Shown: positions 37,671 through 51,759 of the stretch, in pieces | Numbering within the stretch: the stretch's first letter is position 1 | Layout: the number at the start of each line of letters is the position of its first letter | NCBI GenBank assembly: GCA_036785375.1 | Contig: JAWMAR010000293.1 | Span: 1,922,001 to 1,986,000 of the forward strand | Direction of reading: 5' to 3' | DNA from: Leucoraja ocellata | Lineage: Eukaryota | Length of the DNA stretch: 64,000 bases | Program-made: the position numbers and the translations under genes | The notes under the pieces: model-generated | What the model was told of the DNA's origin: nothing | The model's input: only the letters and a program-made list of their open reading frames with translations | Database searches by the model: none

Positions 37671-38503
37671 TATTATAATAATAATATATTTTATTGTCAT
37701 TGCACATAAGTGCAACGAGATTTGGGTATGCAGTTTACATCCGATGTCATAACTTAAATAACTAATACAATTTAGATTTAGATACCCCGAGAACATGGTT
37801 TATAAAAAGAACATTAAAACAGTAAAACAGTCAAAACAGACTAAAGTGCAGATGTGTCTGTGTGACGTGACCATCTGAGGGAGACAGTCCATGGGGATGG
37901 GGGGCACTCAGCAGGGCTGGTTCAGAGCCGCTATAGTTCTGGGAATGAAGCTGTTCCTGAGTCTGGAGATGCGGGCGTAGAAGGCCTTGTAACGTCTGCC
38001 GGAAGGAAGTAGTTCGAGCAGTCCATTACAAGGGTGTGAGGAGTCTTTACGAATGCTGACGGCCTTCCTGAGGCACCGTGTGTGGTAGATGCCCTCCAAG
38101 GCTGGTAGCTGTGTCCCAATGATATTCCGTGCTCTGTGGACGACGCGCTGAAGAGCTCTCCTCTCCGCCTCCATGCAGCTGAGATACCACACAGAGATGC
38201 CATACGTTAGTATGCTCTCTGTCGTGCAGCGGTAGAAGGTTGTCAACAGCTGTTGGGACAGACCAGTCCTTTTCAATGTTCTCAGGAAGAACAGTCGTTG
38301 CTATGCCTTTTTGACCAGCACAGCGGTGTTGGTGGACCATGTGAGGTCCTCTGAGATGGGAGTGCCCAGAAACTTAAAGCTGGACAGTCTCTCCACACTG
38401 TCCCCGTAGATGGAGATTGGTGCGTATTGCCCATTCTGTGTCCTCCTGAAGTCGATAATCAGCTTCTTGGTCTTGGCGGTGTTTAGTGACAAGTTGTTCA
38501 CTC
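37671..38503 (-). mobile_element. Rex1/Babar LINE, 5'-truncated insertion
   Basis: LNTAKTKKLIIDFRR..FKFLG..ISEDLTW and FYRCTTESILTYGISVWY; AT-rich tail; TAT duplication; empty site visible in the paralogous copy near 42925. Confidence 0.9.
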
Positions 38504-38599
38504 TATGTGGCTCGGGAAACCCACAGCTAGTACATTAACAATGTACCTGTTTCCCCTGTGTTCCTTTGATGTTGCAGCTATTCTGGAGACTTAGTTACA

Positions 38600-41200
38600 A
38601 GTGGGACATGACTGGCAATTCAATGTTCTAGGGTTTCGAGGTTTCAGATGTGACAGAGAAGGAGGTAAAATAGATGGGGGAGTTGCTTTACTAATCAGTG
38701 CAGCCACAGTGGCATTCAGAGTGAACATATCGGAGGATTGTCCATCAGGCAATATGGGTACAGCCCAAAAATAAGACAGGTGCGATCACACTGATGGGAT
38801 TGTTGTTTCGGCCTTCCAATAGCCAGCGGGAGATAGAGGTACAGATATGTGGGCAGATTACAGAAAGAAGCAACAGGGTTGCCATAGTGGGTATCTTTAA
38901 CTTGCCCAATATTGACTGGGACTTACATAGTGGAAAAGACTAAGACAGGACAGACTTTCTGAGGTGTATCTTAAGGGTTTCCTAAAATGGAATGTGGATA
39001 GTCCAACTCGAGGTGAAAAAGCTACTTTTATAACTACTAAACCAGGTTCGCTTCTTAATAAACAGACACCACACAAACTGTTTGGTAGACCAGTTCAAAA
39101 CTTTACTTAACATCGGCCAATGGAAGGGAGGGAGTACTCCAGTCAAGTGACCAACACAGACACTTGACTGTGCTCAGCCACCTTTCCTTAACAACAGAAT
39201 TACATTGCCTTAAATAGGGTTTTTTTGTCCCCTTAGCACATTCCACAGACATTAGTCATGGTCAGAGGTACAGGAAAAGGTTTCCACAGAATGCATCACA
39301 TCAAACCTTTTGTTTACATGGTACAAGATATACTAAAAACATTGGCCATTTGCTTTAGGTCATTTTATCTCCACTTCCCTGGTTCTTCTTTGTCACTTGG
39401 TCCCTCATAAACATAGGCCATCTGCTTTATTGCCTCTTGCTTCAAAGATGTGACCAACTATGTCTCTCTTCCTCTATCACCTCCTCCCCCATAAACATAG
39501 GCCATTTTATCTCCACTTCCCTGGTTCTTCTTTGTCACTTCCTCACTTGGGAGACAATGTTATGGTATTTATTATCCCACCCACTGCAACCTGAGACAAG
39601 CCTAATTTGACACTAAATATAAACTGTAAGCTAGCCTAGAAACCAATTTAATATCTTCTTATATTTTTAACTAAAATTCGGCTTCATCAGAGGGACCCTA
39701 CTGGACCTGGTATTTGTGAAACAAGCCTGCCCAAGTAACTAGTGTGGGCAGGTGTTTTGAGGATAGTGATCACAACTGCATACATTGTAAGTTTGTATTG
39801 AATAGGGATAGGTCTGGAGTTTGGAGGAGGAAATCATTTGGAGATTACAAGATTATTAAGCAGGAACTAAGGAGAGTAAATTGGGAGCAGTTGATATTGG
39901 GATCTGCTGATGTCCACATCTGACTTTTAAAGGCCAGTTAAGCAAAATTCAGGACTGGCATATTCCACTAAGGAGGATGGATATGGATGGTAAGGTAAGG
40001 GATCACTAGATAACCAAATAAGTAAATTTGATCAAGAAGAGGAAGTGTATGTAGTTTTAAAAACATGAAAATTGACAAGACCTTTGTGAAATATAAAGCA
40101 AATGGGAAACAACTTAAGCGGGCAATTAGAAGGTTCAAACAAAGCCATGATATGTATTTGACGAGTTGGATTAAAGAAAAGCACAAGGGTTTTTATATAT
40201 ACATTAAAAACAAGGGGGAACCAGGGAGAACGTGGGGCCACTCAATACTAAAGGAGGGAATTTGTGTTTGGAGTCAGAGGATGTAGGCAATATACTAAAC
40301 AATGCATCTGTATTCACTAAGGAGAAGGACATAGAGGACAATGAGATCAGTGTGGAGAATTCTAATATGCAAGAAAAGTTTGAGATCAAGAAGGAGATCA
40401 TTGAGCATTATATCTCAATGAGCATTAGAGTGGATAAATCCCCAGGGCGTGATGGGATCTATTCCAGGTTATTCAGAAAGGCAATAGAAGAAATTGCAGG
40501 AATCTTGACAAAGATCTTTGCATCTTCTCGAGCCATTCATGAGGTCCTGCTGGTCTAATTGGTAGCAAATGGTGTTCCTTTGTTTAAGAAGGGAAGTAGA
40601 GAAAATCTAGGACATTCCCAGTATTCCCATAGGGAAGCTAGTGGAGAAGATGTTTTTGGAATAGGATTTAATCCCATTTGGCAGAGAATGGGTTAATTAG
40701 GGACAGTCAGCATGGCTTTGTATGTTGCAGGTCACATCTTACTAACGATCAAATCTTTTCAGGAGGTGACAAAAATAATTGTAGGGTGGTGGATGGTGTT
40801 AGGGTATTAACTATTGGGCGAGGTTACACAAATTTGGATTGCTTTCTCTGGAATGCTGGAGGTTGAGAGATCTATTTATGAGAGCATGGTTAGGATAGAC
40901 AGTCAGAACCTTCATCCCAGGGTGGAAATGTTAAAGCGTAGAGGGCATAGCTTTACATAATGGGGCACATGTTAAAGATGTGTGTGGGTAGGTTTTTTTT
41001 TACACAGAGTGGTGGGTGCCTGGAACACAATGTCTAGGGTTGCGGCACAGACAGATATGATAGTGGAATTTAGGAGGCTTTTTGATAGGCACAAGGACGT
41101 GCAGGGAATGGAGGGATATGGATCAGGCAGATGAGATTTGGTTATCTTGGCATCATGTTTGCATTGTGGGCCGAAGAGGCTGTGTAGTACTGTTATTTGT
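38600..41200 (+). mobile_element. Degraded CR1 LINE (endonuclease to 3' end, internally deleted)
   Basis: DWQFNV.GFR..R.DR, G.FNLPNIDW, DKSPGRDGIY, IRDSQHGFV motifs. Confidence 0.85.
39014..39689 (-). mobile_element. Solo LTR, 676 bp (ERV- or Gypsy-type), inserted in CR1
   Basis: GAGG duplication at 39010-39013 and 39690-39693; termini tgaaaaagc...gcttcatca; internal direct repeats at 39360 and 39502; minus-strand TATTTAA and AGTAAA. Confidence 0.8.
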
Positions 41201-41616
41201 TCTTTGTGATAGTGGTTGCAGGTTCAGGTGAAGCAGTTAGTGTAGCCTAAGCAAGTAACAGCAGTGCATTTGGTAAATGATACACTGCTGGAGTGGTGCA
41301 TGGATGTGGACAAAATGAATGTTCATGGTCGGGGTAATATACCAGTCAAGCCAGTTGTTTTGTTCTGGTGTTGAAGTTCTTGTAAGTGCTTTTGGAACTA
41401 AGGTGACATCCAGAATTTGATGGTGTGCATTTTGGCAACGGTATTGCCATAGAATGGGGAGGGTAAAAGAGTTGATGAATATACGAGAGAAAATAGATTA
41501 CAGAAAAGAACATGGGAAAATGGAACTGATGGGAGTGCTCTCAGACCACGTGTAGCAATGATGCGCCAAATGGCCTCCTCCTGTGATCTAAGAAAATATA
41601 AAATAACATAATGTCA

Positions 41617-44600
41617 AGGTCATAAGGAATAGGAATAGAATTAGGCCATTCGACCCATCAAGACTACTCAGCCATTGCTGATCTATCTGTCCCTCCTAAC
41701 CCCATTCTCCTGCCTTCTCCCCATAACGTCTGACACCTGTACTAATCAAGAATCAATCTATCTATCTAGCTCTGCTGTAAAAATATCCACTGACTTGGCC
41801 TCCACAACCTTCTGTGACAATAAAATCCACAGGTTCACCATCCTCTAGGCTAAATAAATTTCTCCTCATCTCCATTCTAAAAGAACATCCTTTAATTCTG
41901 AGGCTGTGACACCTCTAGTCCTCGTCTCTTCCAGGAGTGGAAACATCCTCTCCATATCCACTCTATCCAATCCTTTCACTATTCTGTATGTTTCAATGAG
42001 GTCCCCCTCATTCTTCTAAACTCCATCGATTACAAGTCCAGTGCCGACAAACGTTCATCATAGGTTAACCTACTCATTCCTGGGATCATTCTTGTGAACC
42101 TCCTCTGGATCCTCTCCAGAGCCAGCACATCCTTCCTCGGATATGGTGCCCAAAATTGCTCAGAATATTCTAAATGCGGTCTGACCAGCGCCTTATAGAG
42201 CCTCAGCAATACATTCCTGTTTTTGTATTCTAGCCCTCTTGAAATAAATGCTTGCATTGCATTTGCCTTCTTTACAACTGATTCGACTTGCAGATTAACT
42301 TTTTAGGAATCCTGAACTAGCACTCCCAAGTCCCTTTGCACCTCCGATTTCTGGATTCTCATCCCAGTTAGAAAAAAGTATTACTTTATTCCTGCTACCA
42401 AAATGCATGACTCCACACTTTGCTACGCTATATTCCATCTCCCACGTCTCTGCCCACTCTCCCAATCTGTCCAAGTCCTTCGGCAGAGCTCCTGCTTTTT
42501 CTACACCACCTGCACAGAAGGCAGTGGAGGCTACTTCACTGGGTATTTTCAAGAGAGAGTTAGATTTAGCTTTTAGGGCTTAGGGAATTTTGCTTCTGTA
42601 ATCTGTCCTCTATCTCCCGCTGGCTATTGGAAGGCTGAAAGAACAATCCCATCAGTGTGATTGCACCTGTCTTATTATTGTCTGAGGGACAATCCTCCGA
42701 TATGTCCACCCTGAATGCCACTGTGGCTGCAATAATTAGTAAAGCAACTCCACCATCTCTTTTACCTCCTTCTCTGTCCCACCTGAAACCTCGAAACCCT
42801 GGAACATTGAATTGCCAGTCATGTTCCACTTGTAACTAAGTCTCCAGAATAGCTGCAACATCAAAGGAACACAGGGGAAACAGGTACATTGTTAATATCA
42901 CTAGCTGTGGGTTCCCCGAGCCGCATAATGTCCTCATTTGGAAATATTTCAGCTGTTCTTCATCATTATTTGGACTAAATTTTGTAATTCATAAAAAGCA
43001 GTGGTGGGTAACTGCATCAAAAAGACTGCAGTAATTCAAAGAGGTGACCCAGCACCACTTACTTAAAGGTAACTTGGGGATAAATTATAAATTTTAGCTT
43101 TGTCGGTGAGGCTCACGTTCCAGAAATAAATCAAAGCATTTGTTGTGGCATTGGCTCAGATTTTGTCTCTGGATTGGCAGATCTGACTGTAGGATTTTCT
43201 ACAGCCCTGCATTGCGTTTACGGCTCTTAGGCCTAAGGGACTCAAGGGTTATGGGGGGAAAACGGAACGGGGTACAGATTTTGGATGATCATATTGAATG
43301 GCGGTGCTGGCTCAAAGGGCCGAATGGCCTACTCCTGCACCTGTTTTCTATGTTTCTATGCTCCTCCACCTATCTTTATATCACCCGCAAACTTTGCCAT
43401 AAAGCCTTTAATCCCCTCGTCCAAATCATTAATATACAACGTGAAGAGTAGCGGCCCCAGCACCGACCCTTGCAGAACTCCACTAGTCACTGGCAGCCAA
43501 CTAGTAATAGCCTCCTTTATTGCCACTCTTTGTCTTCTGCCATCCAACCAACCTGCTATCCATGCTAATATTTGAACTGTGGGCTCTCATCCTCCTAAGC
43601 AGCCTAACGTGTGGCACCTTATCAAAGGCTTTCTGAAAATCTAAGTAACCAACATCTACTGACACTCCTTTGTCCTGTTATTTACTTCTTCAAAGAATTC
43701 CAGCAAATTTGTCAAGCAAGACCTCCCTTTCACAAAGCCATGCTGACTTCAGCCTATTTTATAGTGAACTTCTAAGTACTCCGTAACCTCATCCTTTATA
43801 ATGGACTCTAAAATCTTACCAACCACTGAAGTCTGACTAACCAGTCAGAATACAGCTGCTCCTCGACCTACGATGGGGTTACGTTCCAATAAACTCATCG
43901 TCAACCAAAAATATCGCAAGTCGAAAATGCATTGCGATATATCGCGATCACGTGACCGGAGGTGACGTGCGACTCGCTGCCGTTGCTGAGTGTTTGCTGA
44001 TTGTAAAGTCGAAATATCGCGTCAAAGCATCGTAAATCGGGGAGCACCTGTAGTTCCCACTGTTCTGCCTTGCTCCCTTTTTGTGTAGTGGGGTAATATT
44101 GGCAATTTCCCCATCATCTGGAACCACTCCTGACTAGTGATTCCTGAAATATCACTATCAATGCCTCCACAATCTCTAAAGCCACCTCTTTCAGATCCCT
44201 AGGGTGCAGTCCATCCGGCCAGGTGACATCCACCTTCAGCCCTTTCAGCTTCCCAAGCACCTTCTCCCTAGTAATAACCAATTCACTAACTTCCACCCCC
44301 CCGACTCTCTTGAATTTCAGGCACATTGCTGGTGTCTTCCACTGTGAAGACTGATGCAAAAGTTATTCAACTCCTCTGCCATTTCTTTATTCTCCATTAT
44401 CACATCTGTATCATTCTTCAGCGGTCCAACATCCACTCTTGCCTCTTTCTATTATATTACTGAATAAACTATTGCTATCCTCTTTTATATTATTTGCTAT
44501 CTTACCTTCATATTTTCTCCCCATATTATCTTTTTAGTTAACCTCTGTTGTTCTTTAAAAGCTTCCCAAACCGCTGGCTTTGCTGCATTATTCGCCTTCT

Positions 44601-45310
44601 CTTTTATTTTTATACTGTCCATGACTTGCCTTGTCAGCCATGTTCGCCTCTTATTCCCCTTAGAATCTTTCTTCCTCTTTGGAATGAAAAAATCCTGCAT
44701 CTTCTGGATTATTCCCTGAAATTCCTGCCATTGCTGTTCCACTGTCATCCCTGCTAGGGTCCCTTTTCAGTCAACTTTGGCCAGCTCCTCCGTCATGCCT
44801 CTGTAGTCCCCTTTGCCCAGCTGCAATGCTGACACATCTGATTTCACCTCCCTCTCAAATTGCAGATTAAAATTTATCATGTTATGGTCGATACCTCCTG
44901 ATGGTTCCTTTACCTTCAGTTCCCTTTTCAAATCCAGTTCTTTACATAACATTAAATCCAAATTTGCTTTTTCCCTGGTCTGCTCCACTACAAGCTGCTC
45001 TGATCCATCTCAGAGGCACTCTACACATTCTCTTTCTTGGGGTCCAGTACCAACCTAATTTTCCCGAACTACTTATTGAAATCCCCCATGACCACCAGAG
45101 CATTGCCTTTTTTACATGCCAATTTTATCTCCTGATGTAACTTGTACCCTATATCCTGGCTACTTTTTGGAGGCCTATAAATAACTCCCATTAAGGTCTT
45201 GTTACCAATATAATTTCTCAGCTCTATCCACAATGATTCTCCATCTTCTGATCCTATATCACCCCCTAACTAAGGACTGAATTTAATTCCTAACTAACGG
45301 AGCAACCATC
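41617..45310 (-). mobile_element. CR1 LINE ORF2 remnant, about 3.7 kb including insertions
   Basis: GPD-like WPDGLHPRDLKE, SGVLQGSVLGPLLFTLYINDL..KFAGD, RPHLEYSEQFWAP motifs in correct order. Confidence 0.93.
43853..44050. mobile_element. Tigger/pogo-type MITE
   Basis: TA|cagctgctcctcgacctacgatg...catcgtaaatcggggagcacctg|TA. Confidence 0.85.
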
Positions 45311-46659
45311 AAGCGTATGCCCTTTAGAGTTGGTAATTACCTGGCATTTTTGTGGCATTATTATTACTTGCCACTTTATCACCAATGCCTGGATGTTTTA
45401 TATGCTTTGTTGCATGTAGGCGTGGGGTATTGGGAAGTTGTGAATGGATTTTGAAATTGTATAATAATCTGTGAACATCCTGATTTCTGTGGGAGGAAGA
45501 TCATTGATGAAGAAGACGAAGATAGAAGGGCCTTGGATACTGCCTGGAAAAACTCTGCAGTGATATTCTGAGATGGGATGATTGACTTCAAATATAATCA
45601 TTTTCCTTTGAACAGGGAGTGACTCCAACCATTGGAGTGGATTCTCCATATGTCATTGGGGAGGAAACTAATATTGCATGCATTGTTATTGTCATCATCT
45701 GTATATATGATGCCAGGATTGCTTTGTACCTAGAGAATGATATGGATCCAATTTCCTGACAGATAGGCCTTTCAATAGAAAAATGGGCACAATTACTTCA
45801 GAACAGGTACAAGATGATTTTGGTGCATGATTTTTGCACAAAAAGTGGGGACAAATGGGTAATTTCCTTAGGCACTGAAATATTTTTTAAGTGATGCTGA
45901 AGAATTGTTGCAATGTGGGAAATGCAGCAGAGAATTTGCACTGTCCATCTTCAATAATAAACATATTTATGAGCTGATATGTAGCCAGTGGTCATTTTCT
46001 TTCACAATTACTGCTTGTGTATCCCTGGGTCATTTTATTACCTACATAATCATTTTAGACGCGGTCTTCCTGTGAGGGTTTTGCTCTATGCTCTTGGAGA
46101 GGATCTTACAGTTCAGATTTACCAATGAGCTGGGTCTCCAATTCCTGGTGTCATCTCTCTCCCCTTCTGCTTGTAGATAAGGGTATGATGCCCTTACACA
46201 TGGATTCTGACCTGCTGCCAGCCAGAAGTATAGTGTTGCACATTTCCAACGGGTCCAGGCAACTATGTAATCCTCTCGGGCTCACACATATATCCAGCCA
46301 CCAATCAGCCTATCAAGAGACCTCCTTCCCTAAGGACATCTGTTGCTGGCCGGATTGGTTGTTTTTTCTTTGCTTCATTTTCTTTTCCCCGCTCTCCCTA
46401 TTATGATCGGTATGAAGAAAGGTCCCGACTCAAAACATCACCTATCCATTTTCTCCAGAGATGCTGCCTGACCTGCTGAGTTACCCCAGCATTTTGTGTC
46501 TATCTTGAGGTATTTACCAATCACTGCCCACCATTTTATTATCCTTTTAATCATCTAAATTATTAAGTAGTTTAGTACAAAAAATAATAATTCCTTCTGG
46601 GCCTCGTATACACAGTGAACAGATATGATTTCAAAGTAGAACAACATGAGCAGTGTGGG

Positions 46660-46965
46660 ATAGCACAGTGGCATATCGGTAAAGTTATTGCCTCACAACA
46701 TCAGAGACCAGAGTTCGATCCTGACTATGGGTGTTGTCTGTGCAGTTTGTATGTTCTCCCAATGACCGTGGGTTTTCTCCAGAGCTCCGGTTTCCTCTCA
46801 CATTCCAGAGTCCTGCAGGTTTGTAGGTTAATTGGCTTCTGTAACTTGCCCCTAGTGTAGGATGCGAACCTGGGATAACATAAAACTAGTGGATGGGTGA
46901 TCGTTAGTCAGCATGTACTCGATGGGAGGAAGGGCTTGTTTCCACGCTGTATTTCCAAACTAAAC
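46660..46965 (+). mobile_element. HE1-like SINE, full length
   Basis: A and B boxes (gagttcgatcc), core, aaactaaac tail. Confidence 0.85.
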
Positions 46966-49900
46966 ACTTTCCACTTCCAGTAATTCAAAGAAACGACTTG
47001 TATTTTTTCTGTCCCTTCTAATCAATTTGTAATCCATTTTGACATTGTATATCTAATTCAATGTTTATTAGTCTTTTTCTAGGGTAGGGCACAAGATATT
47101 TTTTCATCGACCATGTATGTTCTTTGTGAAGCATAATCTTCCCTATTTGTATGTGGTTTTTTACATGGCCTTTATCTAGATTTATTATAATTTTGCCCTT
47201 TATAGCGGGCTTAAGTGGGCTAGTCAGTAGTTAAGGAGCTAAGTAAAGAATATGAGTCAAATCTGTAATGCAAATACAGTAATTTTTACCATGCAAGATT
47301 GCGACAGTTGTATCAATGAACCATCAGGATTCTTCGTTGTTATATTTTAATCAGACTCTCTCAGTGCATTAAAAAGCAGTTATAAAATTCTATGTCTATT
47401 CTTCAAGCAAAACGTATCCATTTGTATTCTTCCCATGAATTATCAGATGTACAAACTCCTCTCTCGGCACTGAACTACTGAGAGTGCACGATGAATCATG
47501 GCTTGCACCATCATTATTTGGTTAATTCTAAAATAGCTGGAAATGTATTTGTGCTGTTTACATTGAATGTGCCTGCAAAACGGTAGTAAGAATGTTATTG
47601 TTCCAGTCCCAGTACACGTGGTAATTAACCATTCTCGACTGTCTTTACTCTTGAATTGCAGCATTTTCCAAACATTTGCCTATCCTGATCACCAATTTTA
47701 TATCCCCCCCCCACTACCCTGAACTTAGTGCTTCTCAATCCCTGATAAAAGTCCTCTCTTCCTGCACCTCACGCCCATCAAGATTTACAGTCCTCTTCCA
47801 TCTCTTAATATTGTAATTTTCTATACCTAATTTCCCACAATATAGTTCTCTGCTTCTGCAGACAGCACTTCTCTCCTAGGTCGCTGTACTCCTCTCTTCC
47901 ACACCTAGATCACAGACCACTCAACTTTTCCTCTGTGTAGTCTTCTCCTGGTTTGTGGTTCGCTTGCATCATCTCCCATTGTAGAAACCTTCTCCATATC
48001 TGGTCCTTCCAGAATGTCTTCCACTTTACACCCCAAAGCTCCGAGCCTTCCTCGACTGTTGATTGGAGACATATTAACCCCACTCCCCACAAACACTCCT
48101 TCCCCAGTGGAATTTGTAGGATACAATTGTTCCAATGACAACATTGGAATTTAGACAATCAGCCAAATGGGTTTATAAATAAGAGCCATTTAATGATTTA
48201 AGAGACATACAATCATAAAGGAAATCAAAACATTGAAGCATTAAGTTGGATAACAGAGTAGAGACAATAATGATCATCTCCCTCATCGGTCCTGACGATC
48301 TCTTCATTTTGTTAGGCATTATCCTCGCAGGTGAAGCTTCTGTGATAGCAAACCTTCCCTGATGTCCCATTTCTATGATTTCTCATTTTGGCAATCGATG
48401 CACTGGGCTGAGTGTGGTGTATTGGGCCTTCCTTCCACATTAAGCCCTGCCACCGTTTGAATCTGCTGTCAAACATATGACCAGCTTCTGAACTTGTAAA
48501 CAGTTTTTCACAAGAGCCAAAGACCTGTGCAAGCTTCTTAGGTTTTTTACATTGTTGCCTTTGTAGTCTAATGCAGAAAAACAGGGTGAAAGCAGGTGCT
48601 TAAATTCACAATGTCCGACTAGCATAGAATTGTCTAATTTCAGCTCAAAATGATGCTTTGGTTAATTTGAATTTAAGCGATCGATTATGGGAAGAGAGTA
48701 GGAATATAGCATTGTAATTATATTGAATGGTGGAGCAACGCTTAAAGTACCAAATAGCCGACTCATCTTCCTAACTTTTTATTTGAATCTGCAATGAAGT
48801 ATTAAACATAAACATGTCTTCACCGAGGTATATGGAACAAGCTGCTGGAGGAGGTAATTGAAGCAGGTACTATCGCAACGTTTAAGAAACATTAAGACAG
48901 GTAGCTGGGTAAGATAAGTATAGAGGGATATGGGCCAAGTGTAGGCAATTGGAACGAGTGTAGATGTTGGTTGGCGTGGGCAAGTAGAGCCAATGGGCCT
49001 GTTTCCATGCTGAATGACTTTATGACTCTATGAGTGCTGCTTTGTGCAACCATTTTGAAGCTGTAAATGTGAGTTCCATACTCCACTGGAAGTGTGGAGT
49101 ACTCTTCTTGTCACACAGTGCTACATGCTGGATTGATTGGGTATCAGTGAATAGCAAAACAGATTCTGGAGACTCAGATGGAGGAGCTATAGAAAAGGGG
49201 TGCCCCATACTTGTCGGTATAAAGGGCACCTGGTCAATTCTATGCCTCATTACTCATCTCTTCCCAAGTCACTGCCACTCTAGTGAGCACCGTGCCTTCC
49301 ACCCACTCCCTATCCGGAACGGGCAGAAACACTAATGATAACTACGAACAAGCAACCCCCTTCTCCCGGTGACCATTATATTTAAAATGAAAATCTAATA
49401 CGCTGTTAAGGAAATCAGACTGAATTCTCATGAAGGGTCCCAGTCCTGAAATGTTCTCCGTCTACACAGATGCTGCCTTACTTGCTGAGTGTTTCTAACA
49501 TTTGATGTTTCTATGATCATTTTATCACCTTTAGTAAGATACTGTAGGACGGCATTTACTTTTTGTAGATAATTTCCTCAAGAATTTGCAGGATAAATGT
49601 TGATTGAGCATTGGTAATGTCTTGATAAGGTGTCCGAGAAAGACATGTATATGCTTCTGAGGTCCTCATCATAACAGAGACGGAATAGGATGTGGTGAGT
49701 GTTCCTTCTTAGCCACATCTCTACCAGACTGATTCCCATCTTGTGCTTTTGTGCCAAGAACAAAGGCTAGCCATCAACCTTTTTAATAGATGCTAGTGGA
49801 ATGGGAGAAATTTGAGTAGTGGAAGAAAGGGTTTCAATTCATGGGTCATTTGGCAGCAGTTCTGGAGGAATTCTATTCCATTGAGACTGCTTCATTTAAA

Positions 49901-50182
49901 GTGGGAGGGACCAGGTGTCCCATTGAATTGGATAAACAGGTTGAAAAAATAGATTTAACCAATAAAAGGATATGTGAAGGAATGGTGATAGATTTAATGG
50001 CAGCCACATGGCAACACCAAGGCACATCATAATAATTGTCAAGAAATTTGATTACAGTAAGCAAAAGCGTTTTCATGCCATCTGCTACAGTAAACATTGT
50101 CAGCAGCATGCTCCACAGCTATCTTCTCCCCACAGCCACAGAGCTGTCCCCAAACTGCAGAGTGGATTTTGTACATCTAGTG

Positions 50183-50436
50183 CAGGGGTCTGCAACCTTG
50201 TTCTGCAAAGGGACCAGGACCTATGTCTGTGAGCAGATGGTGGGCCACATCTATGAGGTGGTGCCATCCGCACACAGATAGATGGCGCCACCTCATAGAT
50301 AGATCCACATCTATCTGTGAGCGGATGGCATGTCCCGGGACTGGCTGCAGTTCCCAGGTCGCGAAAACGAATAGAAAAAAAATACGCCTGCGGGCCGGAT
50401 GATTTTGGGTTACGGGCAGTAGGTTATTGACCTCTG
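50183..50436. mobile_element. hAT (Charlie-like) MITE
   Basis: 8-bp duplication ATCTAGTG at 50175-50182 and 50437-50444; termini caggggtc / gacctctg. Confidence 0.9.
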
Positions 50437-50509
50437 ATCTAGTGGCATAATGGATATGATATTCATCTTCTCTCCAAAGTCTTGGAAAGTCAATCAAGAT
50501 GGATTATGG

Positions 50510-50960
50510 AGCAATCTTCCCAAATTAGTTTGTTCACAAGAAATTCATCTTCATTTTATGCCTGCTTGATGACACGCATTAAGTACTAAGAGCATTACAG
50601 ACATGATGTCAGTACAAACCAGTATCATGCAAGGTTGCCTCATCAACCCAACTCTTTTTCCAAGCAATCTTGATAAATGCTGAGCCTCACCACCAAAATG
50701 CTTCCCAATGGAATGGGGCTAATCTACTGAAAAAAATAGAGCACCTCCACTCCAGCGCGAAGGGCTTCCCAGCTTTAATTATAGAGCTGCTTTGCGCAGA
50801 TGATTTTTGTGCATGTTCATATACAGAGGCTAGGTTGCAAGTCACTGTTGACTCCTTCACTGAAATATACGAAAGAAAAGTAATTATGCTAAATATTGGC
50901 CAAACTCCCCTATTTTGTACAATACACCCTCCAACAATTAAACCCCACACGAAAGCCATG
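50510..50960 (+). mobile_element. Old RTE-clade LINE RT fragment
   Basis: ELLCADD..C..TEARLQ..VDSF...LNIGQT; upstream QGCLI.PTLF. Confidence 0.7.
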
Positions 50961-51517
50961 GGAGATACCTCAATGAAGTGATTGTTAGGAATTATTCAAT
51001 AGTTATAAAATTATGTGGGAGTAGCAGCCTTCAATTCAAAACAAGTCAGTCCTTAGAATATATGCTCCAAAGTACATTGAAAGCAGTAATCAGTTTGAAA
51101 GTAAAAAGACACCTTTGCAAACAGACTTGATTAACAAGAATGGTGTTCTACAAAAATCCCCTAAAGTGCTGGAGTAACTCAGCAGGTGAGGCAGCATCTC
51201 TGGAGGACATGGATAGGTGACATTTCAGGATGGGACACTTCAATATATGTTAATTGGGCATATATCAAACCAAAATTCTTCATCACAAGTTCAAACCATT
51301 GTGATATTCGTGAAGGACCTTTCCAGACCAGAATTATTTTGTCATTTGCAAATCAAACATGGTCATTGGCATATTTGTCTATCAATAATTGGGATGTTTG
51401 TGTACTCAAGAGAGTCAGCCCTCACAACAGTAATTTGGGCTTTCACATTCTCTGCCCTTGGAAGCTCTTAGATCATCCATATGAATTACTGTGCCCCAGC
51501 AAAGGTGTTTAAATATT

Positions 51518-51733
51518 CAGACAAAAACCTCGACACACTGCAGTTCGCTTACCGCCACAACAGATCAACGGTGGATGCAATCTCACTGGCTCTCCACTCC
51601 GCTCTGGAACACTTGGACAACAGAAACTCATTTGTCAGGCTGTTATTCATTGACTTTAGCTCGGCGTTTAACACCGTCATCCCCTCCAAGCTGTTTACCA
51701 AGCTCTCAGATCTGGGTCTCTGCGCATCCCTCT
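51518..51733 (+). mobile_element. Rex1/Babar LINE RT fragment
   Basis: [18 protein letters not shown]...[17 protein letters not shown]. Confidence 0.88.
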
Positions 51734-51759
51734 TAGCGATAAACTTGCAAAGATTGATC

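Noticed and set aside
46660-46740. tRNA-like A/B boxes here and at other SINE heads
   Set aside because: They continue into SINE core and tail and do not form a full cloverleaf.
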